A DNA stretch of 58,668 bases from Pseudomonadota bacterium (GCA_043767805.1 JAYUGC010000122.1:1-58668), one strand, 5' to 3'. Shown: positions 19,934-30,240, numbered from the stretch's first letter. The notes: generated from the letters alone by a model not told the origin. A program made the numbers and translations.

Positions 19934-20593
19934 TTACGAGTGCCGCTGGAGGAGAGCCACTCCGGACTCAGGAATTAGTAGATCCCAGCCCCATTCTTGC
20001 GCAATCCAGGCAAGCGTTCGTTCCGTGTAGAAGGCAACGTGGGTGGGATCGCGGTGGTAGTGCCACGCTGGAAACTCATTCCATTCTTTTCTGAAGCCCG
20101 TCATGAGACCGAGCCAGCCGCCCGGGCGCACAAGGGTCGCGAGTCTTTCGAACTCTTTGCGCGGATCGAAAAAGTGTTCCGCGACTTCGGTGCAGGCGAT
20201 GAAGTCGTAGGGCTCCCAAAGCACGCCTTCGCTCGGATAAAAGTACGGATCGTAAACGGCCATGCGATGCCCTTGACGGGTGAGGAGATCGGCGAGCACC
20301 GGCGAGGGGCCGCATCCGAAGTCCAAGCCCCGGCTACTCGGATCGAGCTTGTCGGAGAGGGGACGGGCTAAACGATCCAGAAACGCGACGTAGCGTGCGT
20401 CGCTTCCGTCATTTTGATGCCCCTGATAGCGCGCTAGCTCTTCCTCGGGCGAAGGGAGCGTGTCGGGATCGGCAAACGCCAAGTCACACGAGTCGCAGTG
20501 GTAGAAAGTCCGGGCCTGCCGTTTCGGTAGGCTCGATACGCGAGGCTGGGAGGCCGCGCCGCAAAGTCTACAGCTCGGCTTCTTGTGCGCCAT
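19934..20593 (-). CDS. Class I SAM methyltransferase with N-terminal Zn ribbon
   Basis: CRLC...CDSC, LDFGCGP, YDPYF, EVAEHF and WHYHRDPTHV. Confidence 0.85.
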   Translation of the reverse strand: MAHKKPSCRLCGAASQPRVSSLPKRQARTFYHCDSCDLAFADPDTLPSPEEELARYQGHQNDGSDARYVAFLDRLARPLSDKLDPSSRGLDFGCGPSPVLADLLTRQGHRMAVYDPYFYPSEGVLWEPYDFIACTEVAEHFFDPRKEFERLATLVRPGGWLGLMTGFRKEWNEFPAWHYHRDPTHVAFYTERTLAWIAQEWGWDLLIPESGVALLQRHS

Positions 20594-21986
20594 AGTCCCG
20601 GGGGTTGATGTTGTACTTCTTGATCTTGCGAAGCAGCGTGTTCTTCGGAATGTTTGCCTGCTCGGCCGTCAGGTTGATGCGGCCGGAGTTCGTTTTGAGG
20701 GCCTGAACGATGAAGGCGCGCTCGAAGACTTCTTTGCCTTTTTCCCAGTCGAGAGAATCAGGAACGTTGATACCGGTCGCGGAAGCGCCCGCCGCGAAGG
20801 AAGGCAGGGTACGCCGGCGCGTGGCTTTGCGAATGTACTCCGGAAGACTGAAGTAGCTGACCTTGTCGCTCGTCTCCACCACGAAGGCGTGCTCGATGGC
20901 GTTCTCGAGCTCGCGGATGTTGCCGGGCCAGTGAAAGGTCTGGAGCGCTTCGAGGGCTTCGGGAGCGATCCCGCGCAAGACGCGCTTATGCTCTTTATTG
21001 AACTTGTCGATGAAGTGGCCGCAGAGCGCGGGGATGTCATCGAACCGCTCTCGGAGCGGCGGCAAGAAAATCGGCATTACGTTCAGGCGGTAGTACAAGT
21101 CTTCGCGGAACTTGCCTTCCTTCACTGCTTTTTCTAAATCGCGGTTGGTCGCGGCGAGAATGCGAACGTCGGCCTTCACTTCACGGTTAGATCCTACGGG
21201 CGTGAAGGTGTGCTCCTGCAAGACACGGAGGAGCTTCACTTGGGTCGCGAGCGACGTATCGCCGATTTCGTCTAGGAAAAGCGTACCGCCGGAAGCGAAC
21301 TGGAAACGTCCGATCTTACGTTGGTCGGCTCCGGTGAAAGCGCCTTTCTCGTGACCGAACAATTCGCTTTCGATCAAATTCTCGGGGATGGCGCCGCAGT
21401 TGACGGCGACGAAGGGCCCGTCTTTGCGAGGGCTATTGTAATGAATGGCTTTGGCCACGAGTTCTTTGCCCGTGCCGTTCTCGCCGCGGATGAGCACCGA
21501 CGTGTTCACGCGCGTGAGCCGCTCGACCAGTTGGAAAACTCGTTTCATACCACGGCTCGTGCCGACGCATTCCGAACCGTCGCCGGGCTGCATAGGCGCG
21601 GAGAGGGCCATGCGCTGAACCATGTGGTACGCGTTCTCGGCCTTTTCCACGACCTTCATCAAATAGTCTTCGTTGATGGGCTTTTCGATGTACTCGAAGG
21701 CGCCTTCGCGAATGGCTTCCACCGCATCGCGGATCGTGCCGTGGGCGGTGATGAGAACGGTGACGGAAGAGTAACCCTGCTCGTGGATGTGCTTCACAAG
21801 CTCGAGGCCGTCCATGTTGGGCATCTTCATGTCGCAGAGAACGAGCGGGTACTCATGTTCGGCAAGCTTTCGCGCCGCTTCGAGGCCGTCTGCGGCCTCA
21901 TCGGCCGCATAGCCCCGGGCGCGCAACATGGAGACGATCTGCTTACGCAGCTCGACCTCATCGTCGACGACCAGAATCGTGTACAT
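20568..21986 (-). CDS. Sigma54-dependent response regulator (NtrC family)
   Basis: Receiver ILVVDDE...CDMKMP, GENGTGKE, GAFTGA, LFLDEIG, FREDLYYRL, WPGNIREL and C-terminal Fis HTH. Confidence 0.95.
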   Translation of the reverse strand: MYTILVVDDEVELRKQIVSMLRARGYAADEAADGLEAARKLAEHEYPLVLCDMKMPNMDGLELVKHIHEQGYSSVTVLITAHGTIRDAVEAIREGAFEYIEKPINEDYLMKVVEKAENAYHMVQRMALSAPMQPGDGSECVGTSRGMKRVFQLVERLTRVNTSVLIRGENGTGKELVAKAIHYNSPRKDGPFVAVNCGAIPENLIESELFGHEKGAFTGADQRKIGRFQFASGGTLFLDEIGDTSLATQVKLLRVLQEHTFTPVGSNREVKADVRILAATNRDLEKAVKEGKFREDLYYRLNVMPIFLPPLRERFDDIPALCGHFIDKFNKEHKRVLRGIAPEALEALQTFHWPGNIRELENAIEHAFVVETSDKVSYFSLPEYIRKATRRRTLPSFAAGASATGINVPDSLDWEKGKEVFERAFIVQALKTNSGRINLTAEQANIPKNTLLRKIKKYNINPRDYGAQEAEL

Positions 21987-22122
21987 GGAACCCCCTGATT
22001 GCGGTCCCGTGTGTACCAAAAATCGCGGGCCGCCGCAACGGGATCACCGCCTGAGGCGGCTAAGATATTACGTAAGTAGTTAAATTTAATTAAGTAAAAC
22101 GTGTAGTGCCACTGGCACTGCA

Positions 22123-23901
22123 CTACTTGGAGAGGGGCAAAAGAAAGCTCACCGTCGTGCCTTTTCCGACATCGCTTTGAATCTCGAGGGTGCCCTTGTG
22201 AAGCTCCACGAAGTACTTGGCGAGGTACAGACCGAGGCCCGATCCCTTGGTGGTCTTTTCGGTGTCGCGGCCGCGGTAGAACTTGCCGGTCACGCGGGGA
22301 ATTTCATCGGCCGCGATCCCCATGCCCTGATCGGTGACGCTCACTCGTACCCCCAGCTCTTCTTCCGAAGTGCGCACGATCACCTGGCTGCCCACGCGGC
22401 TGTACTTGATGGCGTTCTCCAGGAGGTTGGTGATGACCTCTTGCAGGAGATCCGGATCGCCTTCCATCGAGAATAGTGGCTCCAGATCCGCGACGAGCTT
22501 TATCTTTTTTTCCTCGGCGAGAAAGACGTGGCGGCTGACCGCGACTTCCACCAGGCGATTGAGATCAACGACGTCCCGTTTCGCTTCGAGCGACATCGAT
22601 TCCATTTTCGTCACCCGCAGAATGTCCGAGATGAGGCGAGCGAGATCGTTATTGGTGCGATCGATGGCTTGGAAAGCTTCCACCGTCGGAGCGGCGAGGG
22701 GCGATTCCGACGAGCCCAACATGCGGTTGGTGATGGCGCGGATTTTCGCGATGGGCGTTTTTAAGTCGTGGCTGAAGAGCGAGATGAAATTGTTTTTGAA
22801 CTGATCCATCTCGCGCAGGTACTCGGCTTCCTGCTGCGTCTTCCACTGCTGCTCTTCCTGTCGGCTCAATTTGTAGCCGAGCATCAGAAGGTGAGTCGCG
22901 AAAATGCAAAAGATGGGATTACCGACGCCCCACCAGATTTTGAACTGCGAAAACGCGAAAAGCGTGACGAGCACGATGACCAAAGAGAGCAAAAGGAGAA
23001 ACAGCCAAGCCAGGGTAAGGGGGAAGGCGAGGATGATGGCGATACTCGCCGCGACCGCCAAAACCGCGAGCCCCCATGTAACCCATTGCGGCAAGATACG
23101 AATCTCCCGGCCGGAGACGAAGGTTTCAGCGCCATTGGCCTGAATTTCTAGGGCCGACATCTTACCGAGAGGGGTCTCGAAATCGGTGAAGGAGCTGCTC
23201 TCCTTACCTATCAGGACTACCTTTCCTTCGAATAGGTTAGGCGCCACGGTGCCGTCTAAAACGTCGCTGGCTTCGACGCTGGGGTAGCTCCCGGAAGGCC
23301 CCCGGAAATCGATGCGCATCGGGTCGAGCAGATTCCGCTTAATCGGTTTGTCAGTAAGCCGATGGTAGATCCTGAGGGCTAGAGAGGCACCCGAGGAATA
23401 GACCAGGTGCGTCTGGCGGACCACGTTATCGCGGTCCGGGAAAAGATTCGAAAAGCCGTAATTGTCCCCTCGAACGAGATTCGGCTTGGGTGGAATCAAC
23501 TGATTCTGCTCGTTCAAGGCAGAGGCGAAGAGGACTCGATCCGGATCGAAGTGAGCCGCCACCTTTTGATCTTCCCACTGATAGTAGGGGGAAAAGACCA
23601 TGAGGCGGGGGTTCTGGGCAAGAATCCGGCGGGCAAGCTCGTTATAGAATTCCGCGTTCCACACGGCGTGGGTGCGGGGACTAAATTGAAGGGCTTCACT
23701 TGGGAAGGCCCCGTTATCCCGACTGAAATAGGGATAGAGTTTGGCATCGTTGACCCTGACGAGTAAAAACTGGGTCGGGCGGTGCGTGGCCCCACGCAGG
23801 CGAAAAAACTGGTCGTAAAACCATTGATCTAGGCTGTGTAGGGGAAGGAAAACGAACAGAAGGCAGATAGCCCCGCGAATTCCGAAATTCACTTTCGGCA
23901 T
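22123..23901 (-). CDS. CHASE2-domain sensor histidine kinase
   Basis: Periplasmic CHASE2-like region (D.DNVVR, GKVVLIG, TPLG.M..LEIQAN), three TM helices, SHDLKTP, NLLENAIKYS and GSGLGL. Confidence 0.88.
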   Translation of the reverse strand: MPKVNFGIRGAICLLFVFLPLHSLDQWFYDQFFRLRGATHRPTQFLLVRVNDAKLYPYFSRDNGAFPSEALQFSPRTHAVWNAEFYNELARRILAQNPRLMVFSPYYQWEDQKVAAHFDPDRVLFASALNEQNQLIPPKPNLVRGDNYGFSNLFPDRDNVVRQTHLVYSSGASLALRIYHRLTDKPIKRNLLDPMRIDFRGPSGSYPSVEASDVLDGTVAPNLFEGKVVLIGKESSSFTDFETPLGKMSALEIQANGAETFVSGREIRILPQWVTWGLAVLAVAASIAIILAFPLTLAWLFLLLLSLVIVLVTLFAFSQFKIWWGVGNPIFCIFATHLLMLGYKLSRQEEQQWKTQQEAEYLREMDQFKNNFISLFSHDLKTPIAKIRAITNRMLGSSESPLAAPTVEAFQAIDRTNNDLARLISDILRVTKMESMSLEAKRDVVDLNRLVEVAVSRHVFLAEEKKIKLVADLEPLFSMEGDPDLLQEVITNLLENAIKYSRVGSQVIVRTSEEELGVRVSVTDQGMGIAADEIPRVTGKFYRGRDTEKTTKGSGLGLYLAKYFVELHKGTLEIQSDVGKGTTVSFLLPLSK

Positions 23902-23927
23902 GGCGCGCAATCTAGCAAAAGCAGGAT

Positions 23928-24299
23928 ATGAAACCAACACTCATCATAGTCGAGGATGCAGAGGCGCTCCGTGAGGAGCTGGTGCGCGGTTTAGAGGGGG
24001 ATTTCGAGATCCTCGCGGTGGAGACCAACGGCTTGCAAGCCGTGGAAGCCTGCCGCATGCACCGCCCGCAGCTCGTGCTCATGGACATCGTGATGCCGAA
24101 GCTTTCTGGCATCGAAGCAACCCACCGGATTATGACGGAGCTGCCCCAGCCGCCCATCGTCGTGATCTTGAGCGGCCTCAAAGACGAGGGCGTGGTATTT
24201 CAGGCGCTCTCCGCGGGAGCGTCCGACTACCTGATCAAGCCTTGCGAGATGAAGAAGGTCTCTCAAGTGCTGCGCGGTTTCGTCCGCGACGCCGCTTAA
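23928..24299 (+). CDS. Stand-alone response regulator receiver
   Basis: IIVED, LVLMDIVMP and GASDYLIKP. Confidence 0.9.
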   Translation: MKPTLIIVEDAEALREELVRGLEGDFEILAVETNGLQAVEACRMHRPQLVLMDIVMPKLSGIEATHRIMTELPQPPIVVILSGLKDEGVVFQALSAGASDYLIKPCEMKKVSQVLRGFVRDAA

Positions 24300-24307
24300 A
24301 GACCGCT

Positions 24308-25018
24308 CTATAAACGGAAGCCGAAGTACAGCTCTCCGCCCAAGATGCTCGAGTCGCCTTTGATGCGATTGATGAGTAGCCTTAGGTCGACCATGAAGGG
24401 GTTGAAGTCGAAGCCACCTTCGATGATGAACGAGGGCAGGAAGATGATCTCTTCCGACGAGACGCTTGGAATCGCCACGCGGTACCAGACGGCGGCACTG
24501 CCGCCGAGGCCCAAGCCGAAACTCGAGCGCTCCGAGAAGCGCCACATTTTGCGGACGATACCGTCGAACGTCGCCACGTGCACCGAGTTCAAGACGTACT
24601 TGTAACCGACGAAGCCGCGCAGACAGAGCGGGATGTTCTCGTCGAGCTCGGAGTAGTCGTAGTCGAAAGTCGCGCCGACGGCGAAACCGAAATCCTTGTG
24701 GTAATTGCCGGTGGGGACGAGCGACGCGTTTACTTCGGGCTCAATGTAGAAGTTGCCGCCGAAGGTGGCCGCGACGTGGAAGACACCGGCGTCGGTGCGC
24801 GGGCTTTGATCGGTAAAGTACTTACGTTTTTGCAGGGAGCGCCGCTTGGGCTTTGCCGGCTTCGGATCGGTGGAGGGTTTATCAGCGGCCGGTTTCTCGG
24901 TCTCTTCCGTGAGGTACCCGTCGTCCTCATCCTCTCCCAGAGCGCGTTTCGGAAGGCTGTGGCCAGCAAAGATCGCCAGCGCCAAAAAAAGCCATGCTGT
25001 AGTTCTTAAGCGAGCCAT
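24308..25018 (-). CDS. Putative outer-membrane beta-barrel protein
   Basis: Signal peptide, alternating beta strands, C-terminal YFGFRL. Confidence 0.65.
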   Translation of the reverse strand: MARLRTTAWLFLALAIFAGHSLPKRALGEDEDDGYLTEETEKPAADKPSTDPKPAKPKRRSLQKRKYFTDQSPRTDAGVFHVAATFGGNFYIEPEVNASLVPTGNYHKDFGFAVGATFDYDYSELDENIPLCLRGFVGYKYVLNSVHVATFDGIVRKMWRFSERSSFGLGLGGSAAVWYRVAIPSVSSEEIIFLPSFIIEGGFDFNPFMVDLRLLINRIKGDSSILGGELYFGFRL

Positions 25019-25115
25019 ATTTCCCCCGAAGTATCCCTATCTTATCAAACTTTTGCCTCGGGTTATGACTCGCGGGGTCTTACTCGGCTCCCTTCGAGGC
25101 CTGTACCATAAATAC

Positions 25116-25718
25116 ATGCGATCACGTCTGGCGCTTCTCATGGGCCTCTGGCTCACTTGTGTACCCTTGTGTGCCGAGGCGGCCGCCTCCAAAGGCTCCA
25201 ACTACTTCGCGCTCGATGCGGGGCTCTTCTCCAATAACGTCGTGGGCAAAGCGCAGGCGCTGGAAGAGGATCAGACGCAGGTCAGCCACTACTCGATTTA
25301 CGCGCGCCTTCGCCGCGGGTTCCATCTCGGGAAGAACTTTTACTTCGAGCCCGCTTTTTCGACGCTGGTCCCTTGGTACACGGGCGTCGACGGCAACACG
25401 AAGCAGTTCACCTTCCATACCGATTTTCCGATTCTCGTCCCTATCTTTTCGTTCTTGAAGCTCAGGATGGGTCCCGGTCTCGAATGGCAATGGATAGTGA
25501 CGAAACAAGAGACGATCTCTTTGAACAACGGCACCTCGACTAGTGACTTCTACATTCCGGGCGGAAGCCGCTTGATCACTTTGATGACGGTGCAGGCGGG
25601 GCTCGAGATTCGCTTTTCCCAGCACATTTGTCTGAACGGCGACGTGACCGTGCTGTCCGTGGCGAGCAAAGAGCGGCGCAGTTACCAAGTTTCCTTGGGT
25701 CTCGGAGTTTACCTATGA
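25116..25718 (+). CDS. Putative outer-membrane beta-barrel protein
   Basis: Signal peptide MRSRLALLMGLWLTCVPLCAEA, amphipathic strands, C-terminal LGLGVYL. Confidence 0.65.
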   Translation: MRSRLALLMGLWLTCVPLCAEAAASKGSNYFALDAGLFSNNVVGKAQALEEDQTQVSHYSIYARLRRGFHLGKNFYFEPAFSTLVPWYTGVDGNTKQFTFHTDFPILVPIFSFLKLRMGPGLEWQWIVTKQETISLNNGTSTSDFYIPGGSRLITLMTVQAGLEIRFSQHICLNGDVTVLSVASKERRSYQVSLGLGVYL

Positions 25719-26464
25719 TGCGTTTTGGTTTGGCTCTTCTTCTTTCGGTTTCGCCCGCTTTCGGTTGGACACTACTCTCTCCTCAAATCGAAGGATGGGC
25801 GGAAAAAACGCTCGTTATTCACGTGAACCCGACCAATTGCACGGTTAGCGACGAGGAGCTCTACGCCGAGATCGATTACACCATCAGGATTTGGAACAAG
25901 GTGCCTACGAGCCGCCTCACGATGGTGCGCTCAGAAACGCCTTCCACCGTGACACCCGCGGAGTTCGAAGCGGGAACCGCCACGGAATTGCCGGTCGTTT
26001 TCTGCGATCCTGCTTTCGAGAGCTCGATCGGCAGCTCGAACGTGGTTCCGGCAGCCACCTCGGTGCGGAGAATCGTCACGGGCCCGCTCACCACCGCCGC
26101 CATCTACTTAAATGCGCAAGTCGGCACGGGAGCGGAGATCAGCCAGATGGAGCAGGAGGCTTTTCGCATCGTGCTCACCCACGAGATGGGACACATGTTG
26201 GGACTTGGTCATTCGAAAGCGTCGACCTCTCTCATGTATTACAGCGTCGGCGGCAAGAGCACGGCACGGATCACCGAAGACGATCGCATGGGCATTGCTT
26301 ATCTCTATCCGAGAAATGAGCTGTCGAGAGGCGCCTTCGGTTGCGCCGCGGTTCACGGTACGGGAACGCCCTGGGGCCTTGCGGCCGCGATCTGGTTTTT
26401 CCTTGGCCTGATAGGCCTGGGCCGCGCGGTTAGATCTGAACGACTTCCCGGACTTCGGGAATAG
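25715..26464 (+). CDS. Matrixin-family (M10) metalloprotease with C-terminal membrane anchor
   Basis: HEMGHMLGLGH zinc motif, SLMY Met-turn, C-terminal GC, TM helix and basic tail. Confidence 0.88.
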   Translation: MMRFGLALLLSVSPAFGWTLLSPQIEGWAEKTLVIHVNPTNCTVSDEELYAEIDYTIRIWNKVPTSRLTMVRSETPSTVTPAEFEAGTATELPVVFCDPAFESSIGSSNVVPAATSVRRIVTGPLTTAAIYLNAQVGTGAEISQMEQEAFRIVLTHEMGHMLGLGHSKASTSLMYYSVGGKSTARITEDDRMGIAYLYPRNELSRGAFGCAAVHGTGTPWGLAAAIWFFLGLIGLGRAVRSERLPGLRE

Positions 26465-26993
26465 CGTCTTTCAAGCGCGTCTCTACGCCCATTTTCAGCG
26501 TCATCACCGAGCTGGGGCAAGAGCTGCAGGATCCTTGAAGCGCGAGAAAGACCACGCCGTCCTCGTACTTGTGAAAGGTGATGTCGCCGCCGTCCATGGC
26601 GACCGCCGGGCGAATCTCCCGATCGAGGATGTCCCGGATTTTGGTGATCACGGCCGAATCGGAACCAGGAGAAGCCGTTCCGCCTTCCATCTTCCATTCC
26701 GCATCGAAGACGGGTTTTCCCGCTTTGAGATGCGATTCCAAAAGCTGAGGCACTTTTTCAGCGACCACGTCCCAATTGCCGGAGGGGCCTTTGGTGATGG
26801 TGACGAAGTTGGTGCCGACCATGACGGCCTGAACGCCGGACACGCCAAAGAGCGCCTTGGCGAGCGGCGCATTTTTCGTCTGGTCGACACTCATGAAGTT
26901 GGCGGCGCCTCTCGGAATCAGGCTCTGGTTCACCACGAATTTCAGAGTGTTCGGATTCGGCGTAAATTCTAAGGTCACGGTGACTTCAGGCAT
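26430..26993 (-). CDS. NifU/Nfu-family Fe-S carrier (Nfu_N plus NifU domains)
   Basis: TPNPNTLKF, IRPAVAMDGGDI and LQGSCSSCPSS.MTLKMGVE. Confidence 0.93.
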   Translation of the reverse strand: MPEVTVTLEFTPNPNTLKFVVNQSLIPRGAANFMSVDQTKNAPLAKALFGVSGVQAVMVGTNFVTITKGPSGNWDVVAEKVPQLLESHLKAGKPVFDAEWKMEGGTASPGSDSAVITKIRDILDREIRPAVAMDGGDITFHKYEDGVVFLALQGSCSSCPSSVMTLKMGVETRLKDAIPEVREVVQI

Positions 26994-27073
26994 GCATGGC
27001 TCCTTGTTCGAAATCGGGCCCACCATACCGCAACTCCTCTCTTCCAACCAGGGGCCTCATTGATAGGGGAGGG

Positions 27074-27232
27074 AGTTTCAGGTAGTAAGAAGGCTCTTCG
27101 GTGAGGGAATCCGGTGCAAAACCGGAACTGCCCCGCAGCGGTATGAGGCCTAAAGGGCCCTCTCCACTGGGCCATTCAAGCCTGGGAAGGAGAGGGAAAT
27201 ACCCGCCTCGAGTCCGAAAACCTGCCGAAGCT
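27074..27232 (+). ncRNA. Cobalamin riboswitch
   Basis: CAGGT...AGGGAATCCGGTGCAAAACCGGAACTGCCCCGCAGCGGTA...CCACTGG...CTGGGAAGG...GAGTCCGAAAACCTGCC; P1 closed by AGTTTCAGGT/ACCTGCCGAAGCT; directly upstream of a TonB receptor. Confidence 0.93.
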
Positions 27233-27274
27233 AGGCTTTTAAAGAAATCCGCTCGAGGGAGGCGGAGCTCGATC

Positions 27275-29179
27275 ATGGTTTCGTTTGTCCTGTATCTGCT
27301 GAGTCTGGCGAATGCCTCAGGCCTCCCGGCCGTCGAGGTGGCCCCCGAGGTGCGCGTCGTGGGCCGCCGCTCGCCGTGGCGCGCGCCCGAGCTTGGCGAA
27401 ACGAACGCGGAATCGGTAACCACGGATGCCCGCATGGTGTCTGGCCTGTCTCAGGCGGTTTCTCATCTGCCTTCGATTGCGATCCGGCGAAGCGGGGGAG
27501 AGGGAACGGAGCCGCAATGCCTCATCCGAGGCCAGGACCCTCAGGAGAACCGTTACTTTCTGGAAGGCGTTCCACTGACGGATGCCGAGTATCAGTCGTC
27601 TCAGCTTGCCGCCGTACCGCTCGAAGCCTTGAGTCGCATCGACGTGTTTCCGATGGGCGCTCCGGTTGCCCTTGCTTCGGATGGAGTCGGGGGAGCGCTT
27701 CATTTTCGTTTGGGAGACGGCCCGGATCAAGCGCGCCTTCGCGCGGGAGCCTATGGACTCAGAGAAATGGCCGGCTCGGTCCCGCTGGTCCCAGGAGCGA
27801 GGCTCACCGCGCGGGCCATATTTTCCGACGAGGATTTCGTCTATTTCGACGATAACGGGACGCCGTTCAATGCGGCTGACGATCGGTACGATCGGCGTGC
27901 GCACAATCGGTTCAAGCGCTTGTCTTTCTTGCCCGTCGTATCGGGAGAGCGATGGACTGTTTTTTCTTTGACGAGTCTCTCGGCGACCGAAGTGCCGGGC
28001 TCCCTCGCGGTCCCCACGTCCGCTGATTTGAATCAAGGGTTCGAAGTGGTTGGCCTGAAGGCAAGCCTGCCTCTGGCTTCTCAAGGCGAGTGGAATGGAC
28101 ATGCCTGGTTTCGAGGGGATTGGCAGAAACTCCGGGACACGCAACGGACTTTGTCGACGAATTACGCCCTGGATCGCTCGGCCGCCCTCGGCGTTGGCGG
28201 GAGAAGCCGCTGGGAGTGGGACGACCTGAGCTTTCGTTGGGGCGTGACCACCGGAATTTCCTGGGATGGTTTTCAAGTCTCCGGGCTCGATGGGTACGAA
28301 GCGAAACGGGGCCGTTGGCAGGCGACCTTCGGCACCCAGGCCGAACGGCGCTGGGGCACTCTCGTCGTGACGCCTAGCCTACTCACGGCCGTTTCGCATT
28401 TTCCCGCGGCGACCACCCCCACGCGAAACTTCACGAATCTTTCTCCCCGAATCGCGGCGACCTGGCGCGCGGCTCCGCGCGTCCGCGTTCGTGCCGGAGC
28501 GGGCAGGTATTTCCGCGTGCCTTCTCTCGCCGAGCTGCACGGCTCCCCTTCAGGCCTCGATCCGAATCCAAATCTTCAGCCCGAGACCGCGGATAAAGCG
28601 GAGGCGGGGGTCGATATCGACGGTAGAGTTCGGATGAGCTACACGGCGTCGGTATCGTGGTCGCGCGATCTGGTGACGTACCTTCCGAACGCGCAGTGGT
28701 CGAAAGTGGCCGCGAACGTAGGTCGGGCTCGCGTGCTCAGTCAGGAGCTCAGCGCCGATACCGAACTTCCCTTCGGTTTTTCCACCGGAGGCAGCGCCAC
28801 TTGGATGGTGAGTGAAAACCAAAGTGCCGTGGCTTATTGGCAAGGCAAGGAACTGCCCTATCGCCCGCGCTGGCGAGGAGAAGGGCGTCTAGGTTGGCGC
28901 TCGGGAAAGTTTCACTTGGGCTATCAGGCGACCGTGTGGGGCGAGCTCTATGAAGATCTCGTCAATAGCAAGCATCGCTCGGCGTTGGTCGAGCACGCCA
29001 TGGAAGCGACCTGGGAAACCGCTTGGGGAGATTGGCGCTTGGAAGGCGTGAATCTGGGCGACGTTTTGACCCTGGACTCGTCGGTGGGCGCGTTCCGAAC
29101 GGTCGAGAATAATTCTGGCTATCTTGGTTATCCGGCGCCGGGGCGCCGAATTTATCTGTCGTGGAGGTACTCACTATGA
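27275..29179 (+). CDS. TonB-dependent receptor, probable BtuB-like cobalamin transporter
   Basis: Plug motifs (IRG, EGVPL, RIDVF), FRVPSLAEL, NPNLQPE and PGRRIYLSWRYSL; riboswitch context. Confidence 0.88.
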   Translation: MVSFVLYLLSLANASGLPAVEVAPEVRVVGRRSPWRAPELGETNAESVTTDARMVSGLSQAVSHLPSIAIRRSGGEGTEPQCLIRGQDPQENRYFLEGVPLTDAEYQSSQLAAVPLEALSRIDVFPMGAPVALASDGVGGALHFRLGDGPDQARLRAGAYGLREMAGSVPLVPGARLTARAIFSDEDFVYFDDNGTPFNAADDRYDRRAHNRFKRLSFLPVVSGERWTVFSLTSLSATEVPGSLAVPTSADLNQGFEVVGLKASLPLASQGEWNGHAWFRGDWQKLRDTQRTLSTNYALDRSAALGVGGRSRWEWDDLSFRWGVTTGISWDGFQVSGLDGYEAKRGRWQATFGTQAERRWGTLVVTPSLLTAVSHFPAATTPTRNFTNLSPRIAATWRAAPRVRVRAGAGRYFRVPSLAELHGSPSGLDPNPNLQPETADKAEAGVDIDGRVRMSYTASVSWSRDLVTYLPNAQWSKVAANVGRARVLSQELSADTELPFGFSTGGSATWMVSENQSAVAYWQGKELPYRPRWRGEGRLGWRSGKFHLGYQATVWGELYEDLVNSKHRSALVEHAMEATWETAWGDWRLEGVNLGDVLTLDSSVGAFRTVENNSGYLGYPAPGRRIYLSWRYSL

Positions 29180-30240
29180 AGCGAAGTCTGATACTTGTTT
29201 GGATCCTAACTGGCTGTGGAGCGGCGAAGCACAATGGGTCCGGGTCGGGATTACTCTCGGGCGATGGGCCCGGGATAGTTATCGCGGCATCGGACTACCG
29301 AACGGGAATGCTTCTAGGCGTGAACCTAAAGGACGGGACGCGCCGGAGTGAGGTTCCGATTCACTCGGATGCGATCTTGCGAGTGGCTTTCGGGAAGCAC
29401 TTCGTCGTCAATCGGCTGGGCCAGGACAATATTCAAATTCTGTCCGCGAGCGGACAAACCGAAAATCAATTTAGCGTGGGCCGGGGGCAAAATCCGCAGG
29501 ACATCGCCGTAATCGACGAGTCCACGGCCTATGTGAGCCGTTTCCGCAGCCGCACCTTATTGAAGGTTCAGCTGCCTGAAGGAAAAGATCTGGGGGACGG
29601 CGTTGATTTTTCCTCTCTCGCGGATGCCGACGGCTATCCGGAAATGACTTGGATGCGGCGGGACCGAGATAGCCTTTATGTCGTCGTTCAGCGGCTGGAC
29701 ACGGCGCACGGCTATGTTCCCACGGAGGTTTCCTACGTCGGCGTTGTGGCACTGGCGAGTGATACTCTCGCCGGTAAAATTAGATTGAGTTACGTCAACC
29801 CGGTCACCGCGATCAAACGGGGCCCGGATGGCTCGCTCTACGTGGGCTCGGCGGGCAAGCTCGGTGCTGGATCTCTCGATGGCGGTATCGAACGGCTGAA
29901 CGGCACCGCTTTTACGAGTCAGTCGATCGCGACCGAGGCGCAGCTGGGCGGAGACGTCATCGATTTTGAAGTGCTCACCGCGGATAAAGCGGTGGCCGTG
30001 GTGGCAGTGGGTGCGACGACTCGTCTCGTGGCGTTTGATCCCCGCACGGGTAAAGTGGAAAAAACCTGGGTTCAGTCCGCCGGATACGACCTGCAAGAAG
30101 TGTTGTGGGATGGAAAGACGCTTTGGGTGGGCGATCGCAACGTGGCGGGTCCGTCTTTGCGCGGCTTTGACGGCGAGGGAAGGGAAACGACGACGTACTC
30201 ACTGTCGTTGCCGCCGTATCATTTGGAGCTGAGCCCTTGA
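29176..30240 (+). CDS. Beta-propeller lipoprotein (YncE/BtuG-like)
   Basis: Lipobox LTGC, NPQDIAV...AYVS repeats; ATGA coupling to the receptor gene. Confidence 0.7.
   Translation: MKRSLILVWILTGCGAAKHNGSGSGLLSGDGPGIVIAASDYRTGMLLGVNLKDGTRRSEVPIHSDAILRVAFGKHFVVNRLGQDNIQILSASGQTENQFSVGRGQNPQDIAVIDESTAYVSRFRSRTLLKVQLPEGKDLGDGVDFSSLADADGYPEMTWMRRDRDSLYVVVQRLDTAHGYVPTEVSYVGVVALASDTLAGKIRLSYVNPVTAIKRGPDGSLYVGSAGKLGAGSLDGGIERLNGTAFTSQSIATEAQLGGDVIDFEVLTADKAVAVVAVGATTRLVAFDPRTGKVEKTWVQSAGYDLQEVLWDGKTLWVGDRNVAGPSLRGFDGEGRETTTYSLSLPPYHLELSP

Noticed and set aside
22113..22130. Sigma54 promoter at TGGCAC
   Set aside because: There is no GC at the -12 position on either strand.
27101..27274. 58-aa N-terminal extension of the TonB receptor
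   Set aside because: It overlaps the riboswitch; ATG 27275 has an RBS and gives a signal peptide.
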